This document shows positions 38,816 to 48,447 of a DNA stretch of 64,000 nucleotides, piece by piece. Source of the stretch: Acidimicrobiia bacterium (GTDB taxonomy: Bacteria; Actinomycetota; Acidimicrobiia; Spongiisociales; UBA5794); NCBI GenBank assembly GCA_024762335.1, contig JANTHO010000004.1:5614-69613 (forward strand), written 5' to 3'. Made by a program: the position numbers and the translations under genes. Positions within the stretch are counted from its first letter, which is position 1. Every line of letters begins with the position of its first letter. The notes beneath the pieces were generated by a model. The model worked only from the letters and a program-made list of their open reading frames with translations, did no database searches and was not told where the DNA came from.

Positions 38816-39856
38816 TCAGCCGTCGCGCTGGACGGTGAAGAGTTCTGGACTCGATCCCTCGCTCACCGTGACATATGATCCGTCGGCGAGGAACGCGATG
38901 GATTCTCCCTGGATCTCTTCCGGGCTCGGCGCTTGGCAAGGGTCCGCGGCGAGTGCGTCGGCGACTGTTCCGCCGGGGGCAAGATGCCACATCCAGACGG
39001 AGGTGTAACCCCGGAACGCAATCGTGGATCCGTCCCAGGAGAGATCGGCGCCGCTCACCTCCGCGCCGAGATCGAGCACGGTGACAAGTTCGAGCGTTTC
39101 AACCGTCGATCGATCGACCGTGGCGTCGCCGCGGTAGACCCGCGCTTCGTCCCGATCCTTCGTCACGATGTAGATGGAGTCGTCGGCAACGAAGAGTGCC
39201 TCTGCGTTGTAGACGCCGTCTGGGTAGGCGTACTCGAGAGCCACCGCTCCGTCGATTGTGCCGTCGAGGGCGAACGGGTCCGGTTCCCGAACGCGATACA
39301 CCGTGATTTTCCCGCCGCGGATGGCGAAATTGTCGCCGATATCGCCGACGTAGAGCATCGACGTCTCCGGATCCGATCCCGGTCCGGCCGCCATGTCTTC
39401 CCAGTCGAACGCGAGGGCGCCGGCGATGTCGAATCCACCCATATCGCTGCCGTCGGGGCCGATCGCGTAGATTCGCGCACCGTCACGGGAGTCGTTGTGG
39501 GCCCACAGGACTCCCGGCCGGGTACGGCTTGCCGCCATCCCGGATGTCTCGACGAGTTCGGTTGAGGCGACGGTGCCTGTCGCTGTGACCGTGGTGTACG
39601 GGTCGCAGGCCGTGGTTCCCGGGGGCAGCGTTGCCGGTGAGGGCGCCGTTGTTGAAGTCGTTGCGTCTTCCTGCTGTGTCGTCGGCGGCGCCTCAGTAGC
39701 TGTGTCGGATGGAAGGGTCGAGACGTCGGCGACCGTCTGGGTCGTCGTGGTGGATGCCGGGGGTGATGCGTCGTGGCGCGTTGCCATGAGCGTCAGCGCG
39801 ACTGCGATTGCAGCAGCCGCGATGACGAGCAGGGTGATCAGCGATCGGCGTTCCAC
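38816..39856 (-). CDS. Secreted/anchored protein with Thr-rich linker and probable beta-propeller
   Basis: ETSGMAAS..LWAHNDS, DWEDMA.GP, LYVGDIGDN, YNAEAL, QGESIAF; GTG is 6 nt after TACCCT. Confidence 0.72.
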   Translation of the reverse strand: MERRSLITLLVIAAAAIAVALTLMATRHDASPPASTTTTQTVADVSTLPSDTATEAPPTTQQEDATTSTTAPSPATLPPGTTACDPYTTVTATGTVASTELVETSGMAASRTRPGVLWAHNDSRDGARIYAIGPDGSDMGGFDIAGALAFDWEDMAAGPGSDPETSMLYVGDIGDNFAIRGGKITVYRVREPDPFALDGTIDGAVALEYAYPDGVYNAEALFVADDSIYIVTKDRDEARVYRGDATVDRSTVETLELVTVLDLGAEVSGADLSWDGSTIAFRGYTSVWMWHLAPGGTVADALAADPCQAPSPEEIQGESIAFLADGSYVTVSEGSSPELFTVQRDG

Positions 39857-40051
39857 CGTTGCAGGGTACGGTGATCGCCGCGATGCCGGTAAGTGCTCTG
39901 TCCACAGACGTTCGCGGCGTTCTGCCGGCCAGGAACCCCGCTCGCGGCGTTCTCGTCCTCGACGCATTCACGAATGCGCCTTCGTCCTGCGGCCTTGCGA
40001 GCGGTGCCCCTGACTCGGCATCGACACCGCGACCGTCCATGGACAGAGCAC

Positions 40052-41386
40052 TCAGTCGGCCAGCATGCGCAGAGCGATCGCTTCTCCGAGGATGCCGTGT
40101 TCGAGGTCGGCGAGGCTCAGACTCTCGTTCGGCCCGTGGATCTGGCTCCCCGGATCCATCACACCGGTCAGCAGGATCGACGCATCGGGATACGCCTCCT
40201 CGAACGCGGCGACAAACGGGATCGATCCACCGACACCGATCTCGACCGTGTCGTGACCGTACGCGATGCGGAACGCCTCCTTGAAGATGAGCGACGCCTT
40301 GTCCGTCGCGTTCAGATCGAACGCAGCCCCGAGCGCCCCCGGCGTGACTGTGATTTCGGCGCCCCACGGGACGGCGTTCTCGAGGTGGGCGACGAGCGCA
40401 TCTTTGGCGGCCTCGGGGTCCTGGCCGGGGGCGAGACGCATGGAAACCTTCGCCCGTGCAACCGGAACCAGTTGGTTGATCGCGTGACTGATGGGCGGGG
40501 CATCGATTGCGAGCACTGCGATTGCCGGCTTGTGCCACAGACGGTCGGTGAGGGCGCCCTCACCGAGAAGTCGGAGGCCGTCGACGGTTCCTGCCTGCTC
40601 TCGAAGTTCGCTTTCGGAGAGATCAAGGCCAGTGCCTTGCGTCGATACGAGGCCCTCGATAGCCACGTTCCCGCTGTCGTCGTGGAGGGAAGCGATGACC
40701 CGGGACATGGCCGTGATCGCATCGGGGATGGGACCGCCGAACATGCCGGAATGGACGGCGCTCTCCAGGGTCCGCACTTCGATCACGCAGTCGACAAGAC
40801 CCCGGAGCGACGTTGTCAACGCGGGGACGCCGACGCCCCAGTTGCCGGCGTCGCCGATGACGATCACATCGGCTTCGAGGAGTTCCTTGTTCTGTTCGAG
40901 GTATGCCTCGAGGTTCGCCGAGCCGATCTCCTCTTCGCCTTCCATGAAGATCTTCACTCCGACCGGCACCTCACCGCCGAACGCGCGAACGGCCGCGAGA
41001 TGCATCACGACGCCGCACTTATCGTCGGCCGTACCCCGGCCGAGGAGGCGTCCGTCACGCTCGATCGGATCGAACGGCGTCGAATCCCATTCTTCATCCG
41101 GTCCCGGAGGCTGGACATCGTGATGGGCATAGAGCAGGACGGTCGGGGCCCCCTCCGGTGCCGGGATCTCCCCGTAGACGGCGGGATGGGCCCCCTCGAT
41201 TTCGAGGAGGTGGACGTCGCTGAAGCCGGTCGCTTCGAGCAGTGACACGATCTTTTCGGCGGAGCGTCTGACCTGTCCCGGGTCGAAGCCGGGGGCGGAG
41301 ACGGACGGGATGCGGACGAGCTCCTCGAGTTCGGCGCGTGCCTGTGGAAAGCCGTCTTTGACTGCGGATGCGAGATCGGTATGCAT
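40052..41386 (-). CDS. M20A dipeptidase (ArgE/DapE/CNDP-like)
   Basis: YAHHDVQP, GRGTADDK, EGEEEIGS, HSGMFGG, GGSIP, HGPNES. Confidence 0.9.
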   Translation of the reverse strand: MHTDLASAVKDGFPQARAELEELVRIPSVSAPGFDPGQVRRSAEKIVSLLEATGFSDVHLLEIEGAHPAVYGEIPAPEGAPTVLLYAHHDVQPPGPDEEWDSTPFDPIERDGRLLGRGTADDKCGVVMHLAAVRAFGGEVPVGVKIFMEGEEEIGSANLEAYLEQNKELLEADVIVIGDAGNWGVGVPALTTSLRGLVDCVIEVRTLESAVHSGMFGGPIPDAITAMSRVIASLHDDSGNVAIEGLVSTQGTGLDLSESELREQAGTVDGLRLLGEGALTDRLWHKPAIAVLAIDAPPISHAINQLVPVARAKVSMRLAPGQDPEAAKDALVAHLENAVPWGAEITVTPGALGAAFDLNATDKASLIFKEAFRIAYGHDTVEIGVGGSIPFVAAFEEAYPDASILLTGVMDPGSQIHGPNESLSLADLEHGILGEAIALRMLAD

Positions 41387-41777
41387 GTCGACAAGTATCA
41401 AGTACGCGGCGTCGAGTAGCAAGTCCGAACCGATCGCGGGGCCATCGTCGCGTCGGGAGTGTGGCGAGGGTTCTTGGGGATGGTGGCTCGTCGGGGTACG
41501 GTTCTCGTGCTGGCCGGAGCGGGCGGACCCACCGGAGGTGGATCCGATGAAGACCGACATGGCCGTCATCATGCGGCGCCTGGCCGAGGTTCCCGCCGTC
41601 AAAGGCAATGTCCGCAGTCCAGGTAGGGGTTCGGGCAGCGGCCCGGGAATCTCGCGTTATCAGCGACGATCGGCGAACCTGAGTGAACGGGATTGCTCTG
41701 TCGAACTGACGGACGGTGGGGATGTCCGGTTCGATCTGACCGGAAGCTGAGCGCCCGCATCCCATAGAATGTTGACC

Positions 41778-42218
41778 ATGGGCGGCCAACGACAGGAGCA
41801 GCGCTTCCCGCGCGACGAGGTTGGTGACATCATCGACATCGCCGCGCGGCTCGATGAACTCGTTGACGATCCGATCGATCAAGGCCTCACCCTGGAGCAA
41901 CTCTTCCACGTCGCCGACGAGGTCGGCATTTCGCGCGACGCCGTTGAACGCGCGATCGTCGATCAGACGCGGAGAAAGGCATCCGATCGACGGGAAGCAA
42001 GGAAGCGGGTACGCCGCCGGATGCGCTTCATCCGACACGCCATGGTGTTTGCCGTCGTGATATCGGCACTTCTCCTTATCGACGTGTTGAACGGTGGCGG
42101 CTGGTGGTTCTACTACGTCGCGGCGCTATGGGGCGCCGTGCTCGCGATTCAGGGCATGCGATTCCTGACGAGAAGGAGAGGTCCCCTCGAGCAGGCGATG
42201 CTCGAACGAGAGGACTGA
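41778..42218 (+). CDS. Small membrane protein with C-terminal 2TM domain
   Basis: LFHVADEVGIS helix, FIRHAMVFAV...GWWFYYVAALWG; ATG is 7 nt after TAGAAT. Confidence 0.78.
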   Translation: MGGQRQEQRFPRDEVGDIIDIAARLDELVDDPIDQGLTLEQLFHVADEVGISRDAVERAIVDQTRRKASDRREARKRVRRRMRFIRHAMVFAVVISALLLIDVLNGGGWWFYYVAALWGAVLAIQGMRFLTRRRGPLEQAMLERED

Positions 42219-43154
42219 CTACGCGAATCGAGTTGGTTCGCGGAGGGACCCGGAGGCTCCCATCGATCCGGCGAGCTGCGCCGGAGTCGCGACGGGAAGC
42301 CGGATGATGGTCGTGCTCCAGCCGAGGGTCCGCGTCGCTGCGACCGTCCCCCCTTGACTCTCGACGAGCGCGGGCACGATCGTCCTCGAGAGGGAGCCTT
42401 CTTCGTCGAGCACGCCTCCGGCCCTCACATTCACGTGCTGGTGTCGAGGCCGATCGTCCGCGATTGACAAGATCCCGATCCCGTTTCGTTCGGCGACGTC
42501 GACTCTCGCTCTCGTGGCGCCACCATCGGTTGCGGTGTGGAGGATGTCGAGCAGGGCGATCCTGATCGTCATCGGATCACCCCAGACCGAAGTCTCGTTC
42601 GTGTCGACCGAGATCTCGAGCGATCCGTGGCGCAGCATTGCCACAGCACGTTCCGTTTGGTGATCGAGCGACACCACCGATTGCCGCGGCTGATGAGTGC
42701 CCGCATTGAATTGGGCGGTTGCTGCGAGGTTGCCGGTCATCCGGACGAGGTCGACGGCGTCGCGCGAGAGCGCGCCGAGCAGCTCCCGCATGTTGTCGGT
42801 CTCCCCGTCGCCTGCCACGTTGAGTCGCGTGGCAAGGCTCGACGCGGCAAGGACCAGGGCACGCATTTCGTCGGTGAATCGAGCGAGGCGACGTTCCATC
42901 GTCCGCTTTCCGACACGTTCGTCTTCGAGCTCCTCCTCGAGACGTGAGATCTGGCTCCTCGACGTGCTTCGCCCCGTCGCTCGGGCACCTGCGGCGACGA
43001 CGGGGATCATGACTCCGAGCGCGACGATGGAACCGATCCGATGCGCCCCGTTTGCGGTCAGTGCGAGAGCGACGAGGACGGTGGCGATCGCTACCAGGAG
43101 CAGTCCTGAAGCGAGCGGTGATGCTCGGGCGGCTTGTTTCGTTTCGTGGTTCAT
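42219..43154 (-). CDS. Degenerate histidine-kinase-like protein (no phosphoacceptor His)
   Basis: 2 TMs, coiled coil, FTDEMRAL at the H-box position, GDPMTIRIALLDILHTA (N-box position), ILSIADD. Confidence 0.62.
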   Translation of the reverse strand: MNHETKQAARASPLASGLLLVAIATVLVALALTANGAHRIGSIVALGVMIPVVAAGARATGRSTSRSQISRLEEELEDERVGKRTMERRLARFTDEMRALVLAASSLATRLNVAGDGETDNMRELLGALSRDAVDLVRMTGNLAATAQFNAGTHQPRQSVVSLDHQTERAVAMLRHGSLEISVDTNETSVWGDPMTIRIALLDILHTATDGGATRARVDVAERNGIGILSIADDRPRHQHVNVRAGGVLDEEGSLSRTIVPALVESQGGTVAATRTLGWSTTIIRLPVATPAQLAGSMGASGSLREPTRFA

Positions 43155-43269
43155 GTTCCTGCGTCCTCACGAGTGGAATCGGCAGGACCGCAACCCGCAC
43201 TTGAAGGTGGTTCTTCGGTCTCCACGTGGGGCTAGTCACCTGTCGGGGTGTTGGCCCGCAGGTCCCGGC

Positions 43270-44592
43270 TCAGCGCCAGATCTCGCCGAAGTCGACCGAC
43301 TGCAGCCAGTAGGCCCCGGGCTGTCCGCTGCGGCTGCGATACCACGTAGTCTCCGTGTCGCCTGTGTGGCGGGCGGACACCATCGGGCGCGGAAACCAGG
43401 TCCCGTTGCCGTGCGAAGCATTGGATAGGACGGCGAAGCGAAGGCCCGCCGTGATGCCGATCGCACCGCTCGACCGGGTCTCGGGACCCAATGCCCCGTC
43501 CACCGTCGCCGTTCCGCTCGTGTCGTTGCGCCCAATCGATCCGTCGGCCATGAACCGGTAGTCGACATGGAGGCGGGGGTGTGTGTGGACATAGACGTCG
43601 GCCCGGCGCGACCCGACGTAGTGCGCTCCGACTGCGACCTGGGTCTCGACACCGTTCTGGTGTACGCCGTCGCCGAGGGTGAAGACCTGACCCTCCCAGC
43701 CGTTCCCGAGCCCCTGCTCCCAGGTGTTGCCGTACGCCAGCACGAACGTGTTGTCGCGATCAACGGCGGTGATGGGCTGTGTTGTGTACTCGTTCGTCGA
43801 GTCCGCCCCGTTGCCTCCGTCGGATCCGTCGACCAAGACCCGCTGGATCGTCCATTCGGTCCCCCACTCCACGACATAGATCGTGAACGTCGTGTCACCG
43901 GCGAGATTGCCGTTCTTGTTGCGACGTTGGAGGTTGATCGTTCCAGATCCGGTCGGCCAAAGGCGTGACCACGCCGATGCGTGCTCTTTCGCATTGAGGG
44001 CGGATGTCTCAACTCCTCCGCCATAGATCCCGCCGTACAGTCCGACTTGATCGATGTTGCTCCATCCAGGTGAGCTGGAACCGGCGGCTTCGGTCGTCGA
44101 GCCACCCATCGTTACGGACACGACATCGAGGAGACGGAACCCGGCCGTGCCGTTGCTGTCGAGGCTCTCGATGACCGTCACCTGGCCCTGCCACGACATC
44201 AGGGATCCCTGGGGGCCATCGGCGGTCTGTCGATGGAGCCGCAGGATGTCTTGGGCGGTCGTGACGCCGAAATTGCCGTGAGGATCACCGGCGACCCGCG
44301 CATAGTCCGAGGACGGAAATCCGCCCTGTGAAGTGACGTTGCTGTTCCACGCCCCACCCCGCATGACGACGAAGTAGTCGTCCGAGAGGGCCTGCTGGAG
44401 TTGCAGGTCATAGGTCGTGCCGGTGAAGACGTTCTCGTCGATCTCGTAGGTCGTCACCCGGATCGGCTGACGTGTCGTGAACACGTTGGAGCCGTTGCTC
44501 GTGGCATGCACGAACGACGCGCCGGCGGTCGGAAGAGCCGCCAGCATGCCGAGCAGGAGACCAATCGCTGCGACCGTGACCCTCGACTTCAT
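43270..44592 (-). CDS. Secreted protein with SipW-type signal (ASF...SN.SN.F) and beta-rich body
   Basis: Signal peptide followed by ASFVHATSNGSNVFTT; ATGA-coupled to sipW. Confidence 0.75.
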   Translation of the reverse strand: MKSRVTVAAIGLLLGMLAALPTAGASFVHATSNGSNVFTTRQPIRVTTYEIDENVFTGTTYDLQLQQALSDDYFVVMRGGAWNSNVTSQGGFPSSDYARVAGDPHGNFGVTTAQDILRLHRQTADGPQGSLMSWQGQVTVIESLDSNGTAGFRLLDVVSVTMGGSTTEAAGSSSPGWSNIDQVGLYGGIYGGGVETSALNAKEHASAWSRLWPTGSGTINLQRRNKNGNLAGDTTFTIYVVEWGTEWTIQRVLVDGSDGGNGADSTNEYTTQPITAVDRDNTFVLAYGNTWEQGLGNGWEGQVFTLGDGVHQNGVETQVAVGAHYVGSRRADVYVHTHPRLHVDYRFMADGSIGRNDTSGTATVDGALGPETRSSGAIGITAGLRFAVLSNASHGNGTWFPRPMVSARHTGDTETTWYRSRSGQPGAYWLQSVDFGEIWR

Positions 44593-45221
44593 GGAGAACT
44601 CACCTCGAGATCACGGTTGGTCGCATCATCGCCTTCCGCCCAAGGGTCGCATTCGATCGACGTGGCGCATCTGGCGGTGAAGACGCCGGCGCCGACGGCG
44701 GCGATGATCATGATCGCGAGAAGCCATCGACCTTCGGCGAGCCAGACCCTGAGAAGTCCGACGTACGGGACGACCCAGCGTCCGACGCCTCTGACATTCT
44801 CGGGGGGAATCGGGGTGACGTCGTCGATGCCGTTGGCATCGCCTCTGGTGATGTAGTTGCCGTCGGCGTCGGTACCGACGATACGGTGTGTGACAAGGTC
44901 GCCTCGCGCGGGATCCTCAAACACGACGATGGTGCCGTCGGCGATGGCGGTGTTGTCGTGGTCGACGGCGATGACGGCGTCGCCTGGGTGGAGTCTCGGC
45001 ATCATCGAACCGGATGTGATGGCGACCGTTGTGGCTCCGGGGATCACGATCGGAATGATTGCCACGACGGCGAGCGTGCCGAAGATCACGAGGGCCACGA
45101 TCGCGACGACTCCCAGGTAGAACCTGGCCTCGTCTCCGCGCTTCGTGGCTGCGCGACTGCCCCCGGGATCCGGTCGGCCCGGATCCCGGGAGAAATCTCG
45201 TCGGTCTGCGATAACCGTCAT
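44589..45221 (-). CDS. sipW: Signal peptidase I, SipW/ER-type (S26B)
   Basis: ITSGSMMP (Ser), VTHRIV (His rather than Lys), ITRGDAN..D, VPYVG. Confidence 0.88.
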   Translation of the reverse strand: MTVIADRRDFSRDPGRPDPGGSRAATKRGDEARFYLGVVAIVALVIFGTLAVVAIIPIVIPGATTVAITSGSMMPRLHPGDAVIAVDHDNTAIADGTIVVFEDPARGDLVTHRIVGTDADGNYITRGDANGIDDVTPIPPENVRGVGRWVVPYVGLLRVWLAEGRWLLAIMIIAAVGAGVFTARCATSIECDPWAEGDDATNRDLEVSSP

Positions 45222-45245
45222 TGGCGTCTTGCGTCGATCTGCCGC

Positions 45246-45800
45246 CTAGTTGCTGGTCGCGGTCCAGGTGAACGCTGCAGTTGCGTTCGTGCCCTGTAGA
45301 GCGTTGTCCCCCGTGTCGGAACCGGTGCTGGTGAACGTCCAGGCGACGTTGTAGTAGTACGTCGTGCCGGCGGATGTGGCGGTCCAACTTCCGGCATCGT
45401 TCGTGAAGGTATCGAGTCCACCCGTGTAGACAGGCGTCGTTGTGCCGTCTCCGCAGGTCGTTCCATCCGACTTGTCGATCACGACATCAATCGCTGTTTC
45501 GAGACCGGTGCTTCCCGTCGTGTCGATGGCCGAGAGAACGACGTCGGAGCTGACGGTTCCGTTGTAGATCACGCCGATACATGCGTCGCCGGTATCGCCG
45601 GGCTTGAGCGGTCCCTCGGTGAACATCGCCGTTCCGGGCTGGTGGTCGTCGGTGAGAACGACGGTGCCGGCGTCCCAGGCGTTGTTGGGATTCGACGTCG
45701 TATCGGTGAACGCTGCTCGCGATACGGTCATGATCATCATCATGGCGAGCAGGACGCCGCCGATCACAGCGGTCGCTTTGAGTGTGGTTGCTCGGGTCAT
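45246..45800 (-). CDS. TasA/CalY (camelysin)-like secreted protein
   Basis: Signal peptide then AAFTDTTSNPNNAWDAGTV, LKPGD, DNALQG....FTWTA; GAGG RBS. Confidence 0.8.
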   Translation of the reverse strand: MTRATTLKATAVIGGVLLAMMMIMTVSRAAFTDTTSNPNNAWDAGTVVLTDDHQPGTAMFTEGPLKPGDTGDACIGVIYNGTVSSDVVLSAIDTTGSTGLETAIDVVIDKSDGTTCGDGTTTPVYTGGLDTFTNDAGSWTATSAGTTYYYNVAWTFTSTGSDTGDNALQGTNATAAFTWTATSN

Positions 45801-45904
45801 CGCAGATCCTCTCATGGGGTCTTGGCAATTTACGAAATGTTGTATCGGGTGATTGCCGCCGCGCTTGAGGCATCAATCCCATTTGAGTCGATCGGACTAG
45901 TCCC

Positions 45905-45955
45905 CGACACGAACCCAGGGTTCTCTGCTTTCTATATGGCGTCTCCAGCCCGCGG
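45905..45955 (+). repeat. 51-bp dispersed repeat, copy 8 (left arm of empty doublet)
   Basis: CGACACGAACCCAGGGTTCTCTGCTTTCTATATGGCGTCTCCAGCCCGCGG. Confidence 0.93.
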
Positions 45956-45984
45956 AATAGAGGAGGTCGTGAAGGCCGGGCGAG

Positions 45985-46035
45985 CCGCGGGCTCACAACG
46001 CCATATACAGGGTCGAGAACCCTGGGTTCGTGACG
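45985..46035 (-). repeat. 51-bp dispersed repeat, copy 9 (right arm of empty doublet, 29-nt spacer)
   Basis: CCGCGGGCTCACAACGCCATATACAGGGTCGAGAACCCTGGGTTCGTGACG. Confidence 0.9.
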
Positions 46036-46053
46036 GGGGTAGCCTTGGCGAGT

Positions 46054-46485
46054 ATGGAAGTTCCGTTCACCGTTGCTGTGGAGATCCCCCTTGTCGGGGA
46101 CGAGCGCCGCAAGAACTGGGCCAAGAAAGTCACGAACGTTGACGACTCGCTCGCGACCGGGTGGGCGTTCGACGGGGACTTCATCGCCACCGGCGGGATC
46201 CAAGACGTCGAGCCGGGTTCGGTCGTACTCGTATACGGGGAAAAGGGAAGTCGCGCCAACCCGGCGATCGAGGCCAGGGTCTACACGGTCAACAGCGATG
46301 CGACATTGAGCCTTCGGGCCAGCGCTCGAGGGCGGGCGTGGGCGAGAACGCTTCGTGACTCGATCGAGGATCTTCTCGCTGAAGCGGACGATGCCCCGAT
46401 CGAGCACCTGGGGTGGACCCCGGATCTTCTTCGCTATTCGGACGAAGCGATCAACGAAGAGGTGCGACGCCGCGGCCTGAGTTGA
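46054..46485 (+). CDS. Hypothetical cytoplasmic protein
   Basis: Normal composition (RKNWAK, FDGDF, YGEKGSR); ATG is 8 nt after TAGCCT. Confidence 0.72.
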   Translation: MEVPFTVAVEIPLVGDERRKNWAKKVTNVDDSLATGWAFDGDFIATGGIQDVEPGSVVLVYGEKGSRANPAIEARVYTVNSDATLSLRASARGRAWARTLRDSIEDLLAEADDAPIEHLGWTPDLLRYSDEAINEEVRRRGLS

Positions 46486-46645
46486 GCCGTCGCCGGGAAG
46501 CGGCTCTCACGGCTATCCCCTTCGTCCCATAGAAGCAGGGTCCCGGTGCTCCGGCGGGCAGCTGACGTGCCGAACCAGTGGATGTGCCCCGCGGTCGGGT
46601 CCCGATTTGCTTCAGGCATGTATTCGGTCGACCGACAAACAGAGC

Positions 46646-48115
46646 ATGATGCGCTTCTCCGTGATCGTGTTCGTCGTCGCTCTTGCACTCGTCTCCCTGC
46701 CGGCCATTTCCTCCGCCGATGATGGTTCGACGACAGCGACCACGATGGGTACGGCGACGACCACTACCACGACGACAGCGGCTCCCACCACGACGACAAC
46801 CACCACGACGATTGCGCCGCCCCCCGCCGAAGGTGAGAGCCCACCGCCGTCGGTCGACGACTCCGGGGCCGACACATCTAACCCCGCCGTCGAACGCCGG
46901 GTTCCCAAGCACCAGGTCCGCCGGATCAACGTCACCAAGAAGCTCGTCTTCCCCGTCGTAGGGCCGAACTACTACTACCCGGGTTTCGGGGCATGTCGGG
47001 ACAACTGCGAGCGCGAACACCACGGAATCGACATCATGACCTACGGGTGGAAAGGCGTTCCCGTCGTAGCGGCACACGACGGGACGATCCGGAAGGTTCG
47101 CGACGATCGTGACTGGTGCACCGTGGAGGTCACAGCCTCGGACGGCTGGTACACCCGGTACGTCCACCTCAACAACGACACGCCGGGGTACGACGACCAG
47201 GACTACGAGTGCTTGCTGCCGGGGATCGAACCCGGAGCAGAGGTCGAGGCCGGACAGATCATCGGCTGGGTCGGTGACTCAGGGAACGCCGAGTGGACTC
47301 CACCTCACGTTCATTTCGAACTGCGGACACCCAACGGCTACCCGGTCGATCCGTACAAGTCGCTGAAGAAGGCCGAGCGGATCAGCTACCAGCGGGTCGG
47401 GAACGGCGATCCCATCGAGACCGCCGCCGAGATCGCGATCTATTCGTATCGGAACGGTTCCGGCATCGTCAACGTGATGGCAACAACCGACTACGCCTTG
47501 CTCCGAGCCGGTGGCTACGCCGGCCTCGACCTGTCTGGACCGCTCCTGCTGACCGAGCCGGACCGGCTGTCTGAGGCCGCTGCGGCGGCCATCGAGAGAC
47601 TCGCCGCGGACCGGGTGATCACGCTCGGTGACGGTTTGAGCTCCACCGTGATCGAGCAACTCGAGCAGCGGTTCCGGATTGTTGCCGACCAGGAGCTTCC
47701 GCGACGCACAGTCGAATCATCCGTCGAACCGGACACGGGTGAGATTGTGGACAACCCTGCTGCGGCACTTGCTCCGTTTTCGATCGTCGTTGTAGGTGAC
47801 CGCTCCGAGATGCCGGACAACACTGCGGATGATCTGGGTCGAGCAGCGATGGCCATCCCGACGACGATCCTCGACGACACGGAATCGGCCCGTCGGATCG
47901 GCCGGAACACATACCAGGGGCCCGGTCGCCACGGCACCCGATACGTTCTCTACTACCAGACGGGTGATGGCTACACGAAGATCCGCGCCAAGGAAACTCC
48001 GGAGATCCCGCCAGATTATGGAGTGATCGTCGTCGAGGCTCGCAAGGCGTCGGAAGCAACGTTCACGTTCCTCCAGAGCCTTGCCCGTCTTCCCGTCATG
48101 CCGCTCTGGCGCTGA
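46646..48115 (+). CDS. Secreted M23 metallopeptidase with Thr-rich linker and degenerate cell-wall-binding-2-like segment
   Basis: HHGIDI (HxxxD), YVHLN, GWVGDSGNA..TPPHVHFE; then DPIETAAEIA...GPLLLT..DRL...IERL. Confidence 0.82.
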   Translation: MMRFSVIVFVVALALVSLPAISSADDGSTTATTMGTATTTTTTTAAPTTTTTTTTIAPPPAEGESPPPSVDDSGADTSNPAVERRVPKHQVRRINVTKKLVFPVVGPNYYYPGFGACRDNCEREHHGIDIMTYGWKGVPVVAAHDGTIRKVRDDRDWCTVEVTASDGWYTRYVHLNNDTPGYDDQDYECLLPGIEPGAEVEAGQIIGWVGDSGNAEWTPPHVHFELRTPNGYPVDPYKSLKKAERISYQRVGNGDPIETAAEIAIYSYRNGSGIVNVMATTDYALLRAGGYAGLDLSGPLLLTEPDRLSEAAAAAIERLAADRVITLGDGLSSTVIEQLEQRFRIVADQELPRRTVESSVEPDTGEIVDNPAAALAPFSIVVVGDRSEMPDNTADDLGRAAMAIPTTILDDTESARRIGRNTYQGPGRHGTRYVLYYQTGDGYTKIRAKETPEIPPDYGVIVVEARKASEATFTFLQSLARLPVMPLWR

Positions 48116-48358
48116 TCAGTCGCTGCAGAACCGGATGATCTTTTCCTGGGCGGCCTCCATGACCTTCATCTGAAGGCCGTTCAGAGCCCGAGCGAGCGCC
48201 AGATCCTCCCCGATGACCGGAATCGGCTCGTCGGATGGGTTTCTTCGTGCACGGCCCTTCGACTCGAAGTGCTCACCCATGAGGTCGAGCTTCGTCGTGA
48301 CCGTTGTCGTAGAGATGTCTTCTTCGATGGATACATCGATCGTGATGTGCTTCTCCAT
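48116..48358 (-). CDS. DUF1876 (Rv2632c-like, dsRBD-fold) protein
   Basis: G.ARRNPSDEPIPVIGEDLALARAL; GGAGG RBS. Confidence 0.85.
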   Translation of the reverse strand: MEKHITIDVSIEEDISTTTVTTKLDLMGEHFESKGRARRNPSDEPIPVIGEDLALARALNGLQMKVMEAAQEKIIRFCSD

Positions 48359-48447
48359 GCGTTCCTCCACGGTTGCCGTAGCTCAATCGTGCCAGGGGCA
48401 GGTCGACTTGGCTAGGGCCGTTTGCGGAGAACGGGCGAAGCCGGAAG

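Noticed and set aside
41310-41750. 146-aa plus-strand ORF
   Set aside because: It overlaps the dipeptidase start, has no RBS or family motif, and has shadow-like composition.
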